The position numbers and the translations under genes are program-made. 64,000 nt of DNA from Octopus bimaculoides (lineage: Eukaryota): positions 85,830,611-85,894,610 of the forward strand of contig NC_068983.1 of NCBI RefSeq assembly GCF_001194135.2. Direction: 5' to 3'. The first letter of the stretch is position 1, and the number at the start of each line of letters is the position of its first letter. The notes under the pieces were generated by a model that saw only the letters and a program-made list of their open reading frames with translations, was not told where the DNA came from and searched no databases. This document shows, piece after piece, positions 12,000-26,430 of the stretch.

Positions 12000-14900
12000 T
12001 ACATATATGTTCTTCCCAAGTATTAAACTAATATACCTGCTTGTTCCTACACCTGTCTTTGTCTTTTGTTTTCTATAAATTTGAACTATATATGTGTGTG
12101 TGTCTTTGTTCCCCACCCCCATCACCACTTGACAACCGGTGATGGTGTGTTTAAGTCCCTGTAAGTACTAGGCTTAAAAAGTAAGTCTTGGGGTCTGAAA
12201 CAAGTAAAATAAAAGAATGGAAGTTGGACATTAAATGATGAGGCATGACTCTATAGAGATGCAAGAATGGGTGTGTTGACGTGTAGGCATAGCTGTGTGG
12301 TTAAGAAGTTTGCTTTGCAACTACATGGTTTCAGGTTCGGTCCTGATGCACAACATCTTGGGCCAAGTGTCACCTACTACAGCCTCAGGCTGACCATTGC
12401 CTTGTGAATCTATCTATATGATAGAAACTGTACAAAGCATGCATGTGAGTGTTTACATTCTGCACTTGAAAGGGGGGGGGGAATTGAATTATGGACAATG
12501 TTGCATGTTGTCATTACCTTGCAAACAAATTGTAAGGTTTCAAAGACATATGGAATAAAAACTTCCTTTACTTGAGAAATAATGCTTCAACATTATGCAG
12601 TCATCTAACCCAAGCTAGCATGTGAGGAGAAAGATGTGAAAATGAATTAAGTCAAGACCCACACAAATATTAATAGCTTTAGTTCTTTATTGTGCAGAAC
12701 CTTACTATTCCTTGAATTTCTACTACCCTATTTACACTGTTACATGGCATATTCTGTCTTAACAGTCTGAGTTCAAATTTTGCCAAGGTTGACTTTTCCT
12801 TTCATCCCTTCAGGGTCGATAAAACAGGTATCAATTAGTGACATTTTGTCTGTCTTGATGTTCTGAGTTCAAATTCTGCCAGGGTTAACTTTGCCACTCA
12901 TCCATTTCGGATTGATAAAATACCACTTGAACACCAGAGTTGGTGTAATCAACTTACTCCTCCTCCCAAATTGCTGGCCTTGTGCCAAAATTTGAAATCA
13001 ATAACATGATTATTACTATCTCCCCATCTAGTATTTATTTATATAGATGTATTTCACTTATATACACCTCTCTGTAACTTGAGGGTATATCCCTATACAT
13101 CTTCTCTCTACCTTCTTTTCCAAATGGAGAAGCCAGGTATCTCCTCTACAGCAAGACACCTGTTTCTGTCCCTCTATCATACATTAACCTCTCATCAATT
13201 GGTGCAAAGTCACTTCCCTTAATACTACTTCCCTCACTCAGTTGAGGAGTCTTGTCTTCCAAGTTATTCAGTGACCCCGCTGGTGCTGGTGCCGTGTAAA
13301 AAGCACCCAGGACACTGTAAAAGGATTGGTGTTAGGAAGGGCATCCATCCACAGAAACCATACCAAAGCGACAGGAGAGTCTGGTGTAGTCCTCTGGCTT
13401 ACCAGCTCTTGTCAGTGTCTAACCTATGCCAGCACGAATAATGGATGTTAGACAATGCTGATGATGATTATGGTGATGATACACACATATTACTATGAGA
13501 GTGTGACATTTTTATTTATCTATTTTCTTTGTTTCCATTGTGTTGGCTTTGATTTGAATGAATTTTTTTAACAGCTGGATGCCCTTCTTATAAAACTAAA
13601 CCCCTCATCCAAGAATAATAGAATTGGCATTGATCTCAAGATATAACTGACATTTTTGACATTAAAACTTGGAATAGTTGTAGTAATAAATTAACTGAAA
13701 AACAAATCCAGAAGTGGAACAATGACTAATTGACTATACTCTCATATTAAAACAAACAGTCTCAGATTGTCAACTATGATGTTGATGTCACATGTGCTAT
13801 AGTGTCAGGTTTACAAGATGAATATATATATCAAAATGGTAGAAGTAATTAAAAGAACAAAAAATTACATGATTTTGCAAAAAATAAAATAAAATAAGAA
13901 AAACGTCATAAGAAGATTATTCAATTATGAGACAAATTAAAAAAAAAAAGAATAATTACCTAGAGGGTATTTAAACGTAAATAAATATAGTAACCACCAG
14001 AACATTGTCTGTTGATGTTATGATGAGATTTGATGCTGATGACGACTATAAAAGCCATGAGACACATGAGAAAAAGAAAAAAAAAACAAACCATAAACAC
14101 CATAGCATCTTACAATAACCTGAAATGTGGGCTTTGAGAGTAATATGGTGAAACAATTGAATATATTACTGCTGGATGACTGAAACTGGTCAAAATCAAA
14201 TGCATAATTAAATATGTAAGTAAAACAAAATAAAAGATGGGCAGGCAGTTTTTTAACAGCATCAAAGTATTAGTAAATTAGTGATACAGATGTGAGTATA
14301 AAAAATATAATTAAGTAGAAAAACAGGAAAACGAAAAGTCCATATTGGTTCTTCAAAGATGGGAAGATATCTGGAGAGTTTACACTCAAATGTAACAGAT
14401 GAGAGAGAGAGAGAAGAATCCTAACAATGCTTTACACATGTTTCTGGGGTTTGGTGATCTATAAGCACAATACTATGCAGTGTGTGTACATGTATTATGT
14501 AGTAAATTGCTTTTAGTGAATGTACATGAAATAACACACATTTAAATTCAGGAATCTCACAAAAGACCGATCCTCTCATAATACACCAGCTGGCCACTTC
14601 AATCGCCAGGAGATATATGTAACAATCTGTCACTTAACTGAAGCATTCACCAATTGGGAGTCAAATGTAAATTTGGAGACATATGAGACACTAGACAGAG
14701 TAAAAACTATGAAACATAATCAAAGATGCAAACAAAATTTTAAACAATACTGACACAAATTTGAGTGTTATGCTTTAAACATCCTCAACTATGGAATGAC
14801 ATTGAAAACAAATCTAAATCATAATCAAAATGAGACAATGTTAGGGAAAATCTATAAATTTCTAAATCAAAATAGAACAATTACATAAAAAGTAAAATTT

Positions 14901-16105
14901 CTTCAGGTCCTACTGGATGACATTAATTCTTCCTCCAATCACATACTATCATCGTAAACAAGGATTGAGCAATTCATGCTGGTACTATTCACACTTTTCA
15001 ATGCTTGCAGAGTTTACTGAGGCAAATTTTTATAACAGGATTCCCTTCCTGTGACCCATTCTCACCTGTTTTCAAGCAAGGTAATATTTCCCCATTGCCA
15101 AACATGTTTTCACAGAAAATTGGAAATAAATCATGCAATGAGGAGACTGAGACACAAACAAAAATATCTATCTATCTACATATATATATATGTGAAAATG
15201 TGTGATCTAGTGGTTAGAGTGTTGCACTCACAATCCCAAGAGTGTGGTTTTGATTCCGAGACTAGTGGGGCATTGTGTTCTCAAGCAAAACCACCTCATT
15301 TCACATTGACTCACTCCACTCAGCTGTAACAGGGCAACCCTGCAACAGATTGACATTTTCTTCAGGAGGATGCCTAGCCAGTAGAGTGGCAGGATTCAAA
15401 AGCTAAAAACATTGCAAGGAAGCACATTGTGACTAGTAAAATCTGATAGTGTGGTCAATACAGCGATATATATGAGCTTCTTTCAGTTTCCTTCTTTGAA
15501 ATTCACTAACAAGGTTTTGGTTGGCCTGGGGTTATAGTAGCAGACACTTGCCCAAGGTGCTATGCAGTGGGACTGAACCTAAAAGCATATGGCTGGGAAG
15601 CCATACCGGTACCTATACATGTAATATTAAAATGCTTCACATAAAGAAACATGAGAAAAACACTATACTCACAACAACATGTTATCATCATACAATATTT
15701 ATGTAGAAAGACATTTCCATCTTTTGTTGTTACTTTGTATGCAGAAAAAAAACAACAACTTATCCTTTTACCTATACAGAATATTGTATCATTAATAGAC
15801 TCTTGAAATTATGAGACATACTTAAATTATCAGATGATACAAACAATCTGAAGTACAACAACAAATGAAGTATTGGAGAAAAATTAAACATTCAACTATG
15901 CAAATGGAACTATTGTCATGGTTACAATATAGGTATCAGAAAAAAAAATTATGATAATAATAGGTTTCAGGAAGAAAAAAAAAGTTGTTTTACATTAGAG
16001 ACACATGTAGATGCAGGCATAGCTGTATGACTTAGAAGCTTGTTTGAAATCATATTGTTCTGGGGCTGATCCTCACAACATGGTATCACAGGAATTTACC
16101 AGGTA

Positions 16106-16947
16106 CAGCGTGTTTGGACTAAATTTGATGATTTTTTTTATGTCTTCTTTTTTCAGAAATGGTTTGATGTATTGAATGGCATTGGAGAGGATAAAAATTT
16201 AAGTTGTAGTTGAGAGAAAGTTAGCTGACATGGAGGACTGGAAGCCAACTAAATATAGGAAAAGAGTTACTTGTATCATGATGATCTGAGCCAGGTATCA
16301 AAATGCCATTATCATAACTGCTGCTCAATGCCCTGTGAATACTGTAAAGGCTGTAAGGTGTGACATGGCCAGCAGGAAAGTACACAACAGGCATTCTGAT
16401 TTCACCTGCACTCCAGGATTCATTCCAACATCTTTGAATAGAGGCCCTAAGCTTAAATCAGACAGCTACGTGAAGCCACTGGGGAGGTTGCTGGCAGAAG
16501 GTCATATGCGTGGCAGCAGGATTTGGACCCTTGTCATAACTCAGGAAAGAGCCAGAAGTGGCTGTTGAAGAATTTCTACAACTTCAACAGCTTGAATTTC
16601 TGGCCTCCTAATTCCCCTGATTATAATCCAATGGATTACTATGTGTAGGGTGCAGTTGAGAAAAGACACCAACTGCTCTACATGCAACACTAAGATTGAG
16701 CTGGCGGCCAAGATCAAGGATTTGTTCAAAGATCTTCCCAAGGACACAATGAAGAATGCATGTGCCAGGTTCCACAGCCATCTTAAAGCTGTGGTGGAAG
16801 CTGAGGGCAGCTACTTTGAGTAAACTTATCTCCTAGCCATAATCTAGTTGATATTTTTTGACTATTAAAAATACTTTTACTTTTGGATGATATATTGTGC
16901 TTTCTTTTCCTTTTATGCAAACTGTCAAATCTAGCCTAAACATCCTA
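16106..16947 (+). mobile_element. Internally deleted Tc1/mariner element, DD37D (maT) family
   Basis: WQQD...(37 aa)...FWPPNSPDYNPMDYYV*GAVEK...VVEAEGSYFE*. Degenerate TIRs (tacagcgtgtttggactaaatttga / tcaaatctagcctaaacatcctata, 19/25) with TA flanks. Confidence 0.88.
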
Positions 16948-16984
16948 TAAGTGGAAACTGTCAGGAAGCCTGTATATGTAATTG

Positions 16985-17305
16985 GCATTCTGTCAGTTAT
17001 GACAATGAAGGTTCCAGATGATCAGATCAACTGGACAGCCTGCTTGTGAAATTAATAGGCAAGTGGCTGAGCACTTCACAAACACGTGTACCCTTCGTGT
17101 AGTTCTCAGGGAGATCCAGTGTGACATGGAATGCAACAAGGCTGGCCCTTTGAAATACAGGTACAACTCACTTTTGCCAGCTGAGTGGACTGGAGCAATG
17201 TGAAATAAAGTGTTTTGCTGAAGGACACAACGTACTGCTGAGAACTGAACCCACGACCATGTGATTGTGAGCTAAATACCTTAACCACTAAAGCATGCAC
17301 TTGGC
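16985..17305 (-). mobile_element. tRNA-derived SINE, family E (long body)
   Basis: tRNA-like head at about 17230-17300, then a CORE-like block. The body is shared with about 35-245, 2540-2900, 15215-15440, 24660-24790 and 53490-53700. Confidence 0.7.
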
Positions 17306-17855
17306 AGACGTTAAATGATGATGATGATGACTATATATACATACACACACACCATCATTTTAACATTCCCTTTTCCATGATGGCTTAGCTTAGATGAAAC
17401 TTAGTTGAGGCAGTTTTTCTGCAGCCAAATGGTTGTTCTTGTCAACTCTCTCGTTTCCAAGAACAGTATTAATCTTCCTTATTGCTTTGAACATGACTGG
17501 GCATGTTTCTAAAGACTGTAAGCAAAGAACACCATTGTATAGACAGTAGCACAGTTTTTATGAAGCATATGAATAATATCAAGGAAACATGAAGACAAAC
17601 GCATTCATCCACACATATATACATATTATGTCCTTGCAGTTTCCATCTCTCAACAATTTGCATAAGGTATTGATCAGCTTGAAGCTATAGTAGGAAGGAA
17701 TCTTAATTTGTGGTTGTGAAGTGAATTTCTTAACCACATGGACATACCTGCCTGTCTGTCTCTACACACATGTTTATGTGGATATTAGTCTAAAGATCAG
17801 AGAGAAAACCAAACAGTGCTCTTTGAATAAAGTCCTTTGCTGATATTTGTTCTGC

Positions 17856-17912
<57 letters not shown>

Positions 17913-18509
17913 TTCCCTTGATGGTCTCAGAAACATAATGCACCAATGTTGGATACATGTAGCTTACAAAAGTATTGCTCACTGATCATAATATAAAAAT
18001 ACACACATAAACAAAATCAATTAGCTCTAGATCTATGAAACAAGATAAACCTCTCTCTAGGAAGTATCCAAGTCTATCACAGGCAACACTTGCAAATCTA
18101 TTATTTTCTGAAAGCTAGATGAAGTGGGGTACACAGGGTGAGCTGAAGTACATAAAATTAATAATACCCAGAAAAGAAAGGAAGGCTTGTAGTGGATATT
18201 TGATTTCTATTCCAGCTGTGACCATTTCTTTTTATTTTCTCCCAGACATAAGTCTATTTAGGTCTTTCCTTTTTGAAATCAATAGTATCACCTTTTACCC
18301 TCTTCTCATTTCAGTCAATGGATTGCAGCCATGCTGGAACACTGCCTTGAAGGGTCTAGTCAAACAAATTTACCTCAGTGTTTAATTGACTTTTTCTTCT
18401 TTTTCAGTCTGGTCAGTGTCTGTTGCTGAAATGCCAAGTTGTGACGATGTAAACAAACCAACACCAGCAGTCAAACAGTGAGGAGACAAACACAAGCGAA
18501 AAACATTCA

Positions 18510-18785
18510 TTAATCATCATCATTGTTTAATGTCCGCTTTCCATGCTGGCATGGGTTGGACGGTTTGACTGAGGACTGGTGAAACCAGATGGCTACACCA
18601 GGCTCCAATCTGATCTGGTAAAGTTTCTACAGCTGGATGCCCTTCCTAACGCCAACCACTCTGAGAGTGTAGTGGGTGCTTTTACGTGACACCAGCACAA
18701 GGGCCAGTCAGGTGGTTCTGGCAACGACCTCGCTCAAAAGGTGATTTTTACGTGCTATCTGCACAGGAGCCAGTCCGGCGGCACT
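18510..18785 (-). mobile_element. RTE-tail repeat, family B
   Basis: catcatcattgtttaatgtccgctttccatgctggcatgggttggacgg...ctacagctggatgcccttcctaacgccaaccact. Confidence 0.8.
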
Positions 18786-18836
18786 ACACACACATATCTT
18801 TCTTTCTCTCTCCCTCTATATCTATCTATCTGTCTA

Positions 18837-18886
<50 letters not shown>

Positions 18887-21589
18887 GCTCCTTTTAGTTT
18901 CTGTCTACCCAATGCACTTACATGGATTTGGTCGGCCCAGGACTGTAGTAGAAGAGTGTCACAGTGGGACTGAACTCAGTACCATATGGTTGAGAAGCAA
19001 ACTTCTTACCATACAGCCACACCTGGAAGATTTGGTCATCATTTCTAGCAAGCACACAAAAGCCCTTTCATTGGCTCAAGTTGGACTGGGTTGTAGTGGC
19101 GGTGGTGGTGGTGATAGCAATAGTAATAAAAATAAGCTGTACCATTTATCATGTAATAGGTTTCATTCTACAGAAATACATGGTAATTAAGGCATATGGC
19201 ATTACATTTACTATCCTGTCTGCTTTTCGCATGTCTGATTTATACTATTCTTTCTGGTAATTGCCTATCTATTTCTACAGAGGCTTGGCTAAAATGCTGT
19301 GGTATTGAAAAAAAAAAAAAAAAAAAAAAAAAAATCAGCCAAACCAACCTTGCTGATATAACAGTTTTGTTCTGCTTTCTGGTTTGAGATTGGCTTACTT
19401 TAAGATCTTTGAGAACAATTGTTTAATATGTGTAGTGAGATATCATATCCACACAGTACTATAGATCTGCTAAGACTATCAGAAAATAGATGACTATAAA
19501 TCAATAGACCACACAGCTATCAACAGAACTCTGTAGTGTTTGTATATGTCGGTAATTAGAGGATTAAATCCATACTGTTGTTTCCTGCAGGCACCCAAGT
19601 AGATATTTAAAAGGTACAATTACCAGCATATATAAATATAAAGTGTACACATTCTTCATAAGCACATACTGTACACTTTTGTGATAGAAATCATAAGTAT
19701 AAATGCTTTGTATGTATGTGTGGGCTTATCTGTATATAATAATAGCAAATATAAATGTTGGTTAGTTGGCCGATCCCTCTAATCAGGTTTTATAACATAG
19801 AAGAGAGAGAGAGAGTATAAGAGAGAATGTAAGAGGTTAATCCTTTTGTTATAATTTTGGTGAAATACACTATTTTTAAGATTTATTTTGAAATTAATGA
19901 AGTAAAACAATATTTGTCATGATTAAGCTGGAATTTGGAACATAAATTTACATGAAGATTTGAATTCTGATCACTTTATAAAGGAAGTTTGTTATAGGAG
20001 CTAGGGGTTAAAGTCAGTATAAGAAAATTGAAATTGATAAGCAGTGGTATAGAGATGGTGAAGCTGATACAAGTTATGTAGTTGATGGATGCCAAATACA
20101 TGACATATGTATATGTGATTTGTTCATGTTACACACAGAAACAATCACAGTTTTAAGTAGAAGGATAAACTTGACAAGTTGTTGGCATGTAACAGTAAAG
20201 AAGCAATAGATTTACATAACCACACACACATCTGAGATGACAAAAGATTGAAATATCTGCCCCCTTGCAGTACTCAAGGAGACTCATTCTCCACAGTAGA
20301 AGTGTTAATGCCACTCCCTCTGCTGAAGACAATTGGCCTGCAAGAGCCCTGTGTTAGAGCCATGTATAAAGCACCCAGGAAGGGCATCCAGCCATAGAAA
20401 CCAAGAGAAATCAGACTGGAACCTGATGCAGCTCTCCTGCTTACCAGCTCTGGTCAAACTGTCCAACCCATGCCAGTATGGAAAATGAACATAAAAAGAT
20501 AATGATGTATGCATGTTTATACATCACTAATACTAGTGCTTAAATAAATGTTGCTTGACTTGTTAGTTGATTTGTCTAGTCATGCTTTATGTTGTATAGA
20601 GAAAAGGGGGGAAAGAGACAGAGTTAATATACAAAGTGCAGGGCAAGTGCACACACTAAGCTTGATGGAAGGCAATGAATAAAGGAATGCCATCTGCACA
20701 AAATAGAAGGGAGAGAGAATGCTAGAATAATTGAATGTGAGCTAAAAAAGCCTCTGAAATAGTATTTATTGCAATGAATATTTTCCTTAGATGCTTTTCA
20801 AATAAGCTGCTCGTTAGCAGAGGAAGTTTCTTTCACATTAATCACAAGGATATCCACTAAATTAAGAATTTGTAACAAACTGCTTCAAATTAATATATCA
20901 CTATGACTATTACAATAGTATTATTATTGTTACACTTTTGCTACTATGGGTTATATCAGGAAATATGGTGTACATATAATAATTATAATTCAATTTGCAT
21001 CAAATTACCCATGGTAGCATGTACGTATAAGCACACACATGATGGACTTCTTCCAATTTCTATCCAATTCACTCACAAGGTTTTATATAAGACACTTATC
21101 CAAGGTGCTGTGCAGTGGGACTGAACCTGAAACCACATGGCTAGATAGCATATTTCTAAACACAGTCTTGCTTGCTTCTATGTTTGTATCTGTGTGTGTG
21201 TGTGTGTATGTATATATATATATATATATATATATCATAATCGTTTTCATGTCTACTTTTCCATACATGCCAGGAAACTCTGATATCCTTTCATGGTGGA
21301 CTGCAAGCCAATGACACCAGTTGCAAGCCTTTGTTTGCAAACTAGGAAACATGAGGGATACACAAACATACGCACTTATATATAGATATAGTTTAATATG
21401 CAAAGTATATAGTTATGAGCTATGAATAGTTTCATACACTGAAGATCTTATCCAGACAGGTTTTAAAATATGCCTATTGTCTCCAAGTAATCTTCATGCT
21501 CTAGGTACATGGAGACACTAGATGTGTTTTAAAACCTGCCTAGATAAGATCTTTGATGTAAGAAACTATTAGTAGCTCATAATATACAC

Positions 21590-22620
21590 CATCATCATCG
21601 TTTAATGTCCATTTTCCATGCTGGCATGGGTTGGATGGTTCAACTGGAGTCTAGGAAGCCAGGAGGCTGCACCAGGCCTCAATCTGATCTGGCAGTGTAG
21701 TGGGTGCACAGGGACCAGAGGAGCTGGCATTGACCACGATTGGATGGTGCTTTTTACGTGCCACCGGCACGGAAGCCAGTCAAAGCAGCACTGGCATCAG
21801 CCACATTCGGATGGTGCTTTTTACATGCTACCGGCATGGGGATCACAACTACAATTTCCATTTGATTTGATTTTGATATTGCTGATGTTGATGTACTTGA
21901 CTCAATAGGTCTACTCAAGCACGGCATGTCACCCTACGATCCAAGGTACTTTTGAGTGGGCTGGTTATGCGGCACTGATGAAGGTTATAGCTGTGGACTC
22001 ACTGTATTTGCTGGGTCTTCTCAGTCACAGCATACCTCCAGAGGTCTCGGTCTTTTGTCATTGCCTCTGTGAGGCCCAACATTCAAAGGTCATGCTTCAT
22101 CACCTCATCCCATGTCTTCCTGGGTCTCCCTCTACACCGGATTCCTTCCACTGTTTGGGAGTGGCACTCCTTGACACAGCTCTTCTTGTCCAACTGCAGT
22201 ACATGACCATACCAACGCAAACGTCTCTCTTGCACACCACATCTGATGCTTCTTTTGTCCAACATTTCTCTCAGGGCGCTTACACTCCGTCATGTGTGCA
22301 CACTGACATTACACATCCAGTGGATTATGCTAGTTTCATTTCTTTCGAGCCTACGCATGCCTTCAGCAGTCATGGCCCATGTTTCACTGCCATGAAGCAT
22401 GGCAGTACGCACACATGCATCATACAATCTACCTTTCACTCTGAGCGAGAGATAGAAGCTTTCTGAACAGTAGGGGTAGAAGCTTTCTGAACTTTGCCCA
22501 GGTTATTCTTATTCTAGTGGTAACACTCTCTGAGCATCCACCCCCACTAATATACAATGTATATTGATATTTATCTCTCACCAGATAGAATACTTTTATG
22601 TTGATCTTACCTGAATGGGA
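21590..22620 (-). mobile_element. RTE-clade LINE 3' portion: RT C-terminus, 3' UTR and (GAT)n tail
   Basis: GGGCSESVTTRIRITWAKFRKLLPLL...KGRLYDACVRTAMLHGSETW...RRLRWYGHV...GRPRKTWDEV. Confidence 0.9.
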
Positions 22621-25600
22621 AAGTAAACTATATATATATATCATCATCATCATCATCATCATCGTTTAACGTCCGCTTTCCATGCTAGCATGGGTTGGAC
22701 GATTTGACTGAGGACTTGTGAAACCAGATGGCAACACCAGGCTCCAATCTAAATTTGGCAGAGTTTCTACAGCTGGATGCCCTTCCTATATATATATAAG
22801 ATGTACAAATGGGCTTCTTCAGTTTCCCTCTATCAAATTCACTCAAAAAGTTTTGGTTGATCTGGGGTTGTAGTAGAAGACACTTGCCCAAGGTGCCATG
22901 TAATGGGACCAAAGACAGAATCACAAGGTTGGGAAGTAAATTTAGCCTATCCCCAGGCAGGCATAAAAAGAATAAACAGAATGAGCAGAAACAAAAAAAA
23001 AAAAAAGACAATGAGAGAAAGATAGGGATTTCATTAAGCATCTAAACATTACTGTCAACCAACAAGAAAATTTACACAACTCTTAATTACGATGCTTCCT
23101 TTAGCAATGACCACCACTGAACATTTGACACTGCTGGTCACTGGTGTTATTGATTAGCTCTAAATGAACTATCAACAAAGTATTCCACTCACGATATCCA
23201 GTCTTATTTACATGAAGTGTCCTAGAGGGAGTTTGACTGTTTTTTAGGTCAAGCAAACACAGAAAAGTGTTTCCAATGAGGGTGATGCAACAGCCTAGGG
23301 TATTATAACAAGGTTTTATAGTTATTTTATTATTCAGTTTTCACGCAATAAGTGTATTGTGTATCTTAAGATTAGAGGAATGAAGTCGCAAAAACAAGAA
23401 CTCTGATTCATAGAAGCTCCCTCATTAGTTCTATGGGAAAGCGTGACTTGTGTATATCTGAGTTCAAGGGTTCTCTCACTAAGATCTTCTTTGGGCAACA
23501 AAAGTTCTTTTTTCAGTGGGTCTAAGTTACAAACAAAGAGTTAAGATAACTTTTATCATTTATTATTCTGAGAGAAAGAGATTCATTATCATGAAGAGAT
23601 TTCTCATTAGATGGCTGCAAGTCTGATTGAAAACTCAATCACAGTCACTATAATGATGTTGTCATCAACATCATGATCATCAATGTCAGCACCAATATAT
23701 AGTGACATCATCCTCATTGCATATCTTCACCAACTTCATCTTATAGCATTCCTATCAATATCACAAAACATTAAAGCATGTTGTTCACTACTGGCGACTA
23801 CCATTGAAATTATCGTCATCACCATTAATTACGACTGTAATCTTTTATCTTTTACTTGTCTCAGTCATTGGAATGCAGCCTATACATGGGCATTGCCTTG
23901 AAAGATTTACTCTACCCCAGTACTAATTTTTTAAGTTTGGTACTTATCTATTGGTCCCTTTGCTTAACTGCAAAGTTACATGGATGTAAATAAACCAATA
24001 CCAGTTGTCAAGTGGTGGTTGTGGAACAAATGCAAAGACACAAACATGTACGATGGGCTTCCACACAGTTTCTGCCAGCCAAATTATTCCACAAAGCATT
24101 GGATGGCCTGATGTATAGAAGAAGACTTGCCAAGGTGCTGCACAGTGGGACTGAACCCAAAACCATGTAGTTGTAAAGCTAGCTTCTTCATTACACAATT
24201 GATGCCTGTTAGAATAGGTATTTCTTTTAACTGTGTATGAAACTAGGAACTACCCAAGTGTATTACTGATATCTCTATGAGAGAATGTGATAACAAAGTC
24301 AATCTTGGAGAGACTTTCCATGGTAAACATCAAACTATAAATCATCATAATCTTCATCATTGTTTAATGTCTGCCTTCCAGGCTGGCAAGGGTTGGACAG
24401 TTTTAGAGGAGCCTGCACAAGACTTCTGTGCCTGTTTTTGCAAGGTTTTTACAGCTGGATGCCCTTCCTAACACCAACCTCCCAGCAGAGTGGACGGAGT
24501 GCTTTTTATGTGGCACAAGCACAGGTGATTTGGCATGGTTTTTACAGCTGGATGCCCTTCCAAATGCCAACCACTTTACAGTGTGGACTGGGTGCTTATT
24601 ACGTGGCATCAGCACTCTTAAATATTAATTTCTTTACTATTTGTGTCAAACCAGGGTTTGGTGGGAGAGCTTATTGGTTAGGGAGTTAGACTCATAAGTT
24701 TATGAGTTCTATCCCCTGGCCAGTCTGCAAGTTGGTTCTTTGAGCAAGGTGCTTCATTTCATGTTGCGCCAGTCTATTCAGCTGGGAGCTGGTGCAGCCC
24801 CTTCTCCTGCCAGTTATCACATCCTTACTGTTCTACTTGGTCAAAAGGGTATCTATGCCTACTCACAACTGCTTCTAAAACAAGTAGCAAAAGCATAGCA
24901 CATGCTACCAGAGTATACAAGCTTGCAAGTGACAACTATAGTATTTTTGTTTTTGTTTCTTTAAATAAAAGCATAGAACATGAATCATAGTTCATGTCTG
25001 CCGTTTCATTTTATTTCAAGAGGAATGAAAGGTAAAAACTAACCTTAGTAGGATTTGAACATAGAAGGTAAAAAGCCAGAAGAAATATCTTAAGATTCTG
25101 CCAAACCAACACCCTAGTGTTAACAATAGTTTCTAACAAAGACACAAAGTTACAAATTTTTGGAGGAATATGATGTTAGTCGATTAGAATCAACCCCAGT
25201 CCTCAAATGATACCATATTTCATAGTCAGGAAGGATGAAAAGCAAAGTCAACCTTGATGGGATCTGAACTTAGAATGCAAAGAACTGTAACTAAATACCA
25301 CAAGATATTTTGTCCCATGTTCTAATGATTCTATAAGTCCACCATTATAATAATGCTTTCTACTATAAAAACAAGGCCTGAAATTTTAGTGGAGAGAGCT
25401 AGTCAATTACATCGACCCCAAAAGGATGAAAGGTAAAGTCAACCTCAGCAGGTTTTGAACTGAGAAAGTGAAGCTGCAAGAAATACCACTAAGCATTTTG
25501 TTCAGTATGCTAGTGGTTCTGCCAGCCTGCCATCTTAATCCATCATTATAATAACAGCAAAACTAAGAATCTATTGTTGACATGTTTATTCATAAGCTTC

Positions 25601-26277
25601 AGATAAAATTTGACATCATGGAGTAACTAAGCAATTAGTTTAAGTACATTGATGAGTCAGCTTAACTCAGTGCACACACACACACACAATCACACAGAAA
25701 TAGAATTACACACACCAATAAAGATACCATTATTATCTTCTTCATTATTTTGTCTGTTCTTTCATGCTTGCATGAATTGGAAGGGTCTTCTGCAGGACAT
25801 TACTTTGTCACTGTTGGTTCTAAGTAAGGTTCACCCTCTTCCTGAGACTGCGTGTTTGCCTACCAAACATACAAGTGAGGTTAAGGAGCTTGTTTTGCAA
25901 TCATGTGGTTCTTTTTTTCACAGGATTGGGTGGCACTTTGGGCAAATAACTTCTACCATAACCTTGTGTCAACTCAAACACACTACAATTAGGTACATGG
26001 AATATAGCTCCAGGCATGGCTGTGTGTTAAGAAGTGTGCTTCCAAACTATATAGTTCCAGTTTCAGTCTAAGAGTGGCACCTTAGGCGCCTGTCTTCTAC
26101 CCTATAGGTATGGGCCAAATAAAGCCTCATGAGTGGATTTTTGACCCTAGTATTTTTTTTTCTTAAAGTCTGGTACTTATCCTATTAGTCTCTTTTGGTG
26201 AACAGCTAAGCTGCAGGAAAGTAAACACACCAACACTGGTTGTCAAGTGGTGGGGGACACACAGACACATAGGGACA

Positions 26278-26430
26278 GACTTCTTTCAGTTTCTGTATCA
26301 AATCCACTCACAAGGCCTTGGTTGGCCTAAAGCCATAATAGAAGAAACTGGAGCAAGATGCCACACAATGGGGCTAACCCTAAAGCCATATGGTTGAGAA
26401 GCAAGCTTCTTACCATACAGCCATGCCTGT
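26278..26430 (-). mobile_element. tRNA-derived SINE, family A
   Basis: Reverse complement of the family A head and body. Confidence 0.75.

Noticed and set aside
11017-12128. Long ORFs of 238-353 aa in the ORF track
   Set aside because: They span a 650-N gap and microsatellites; artefacts.
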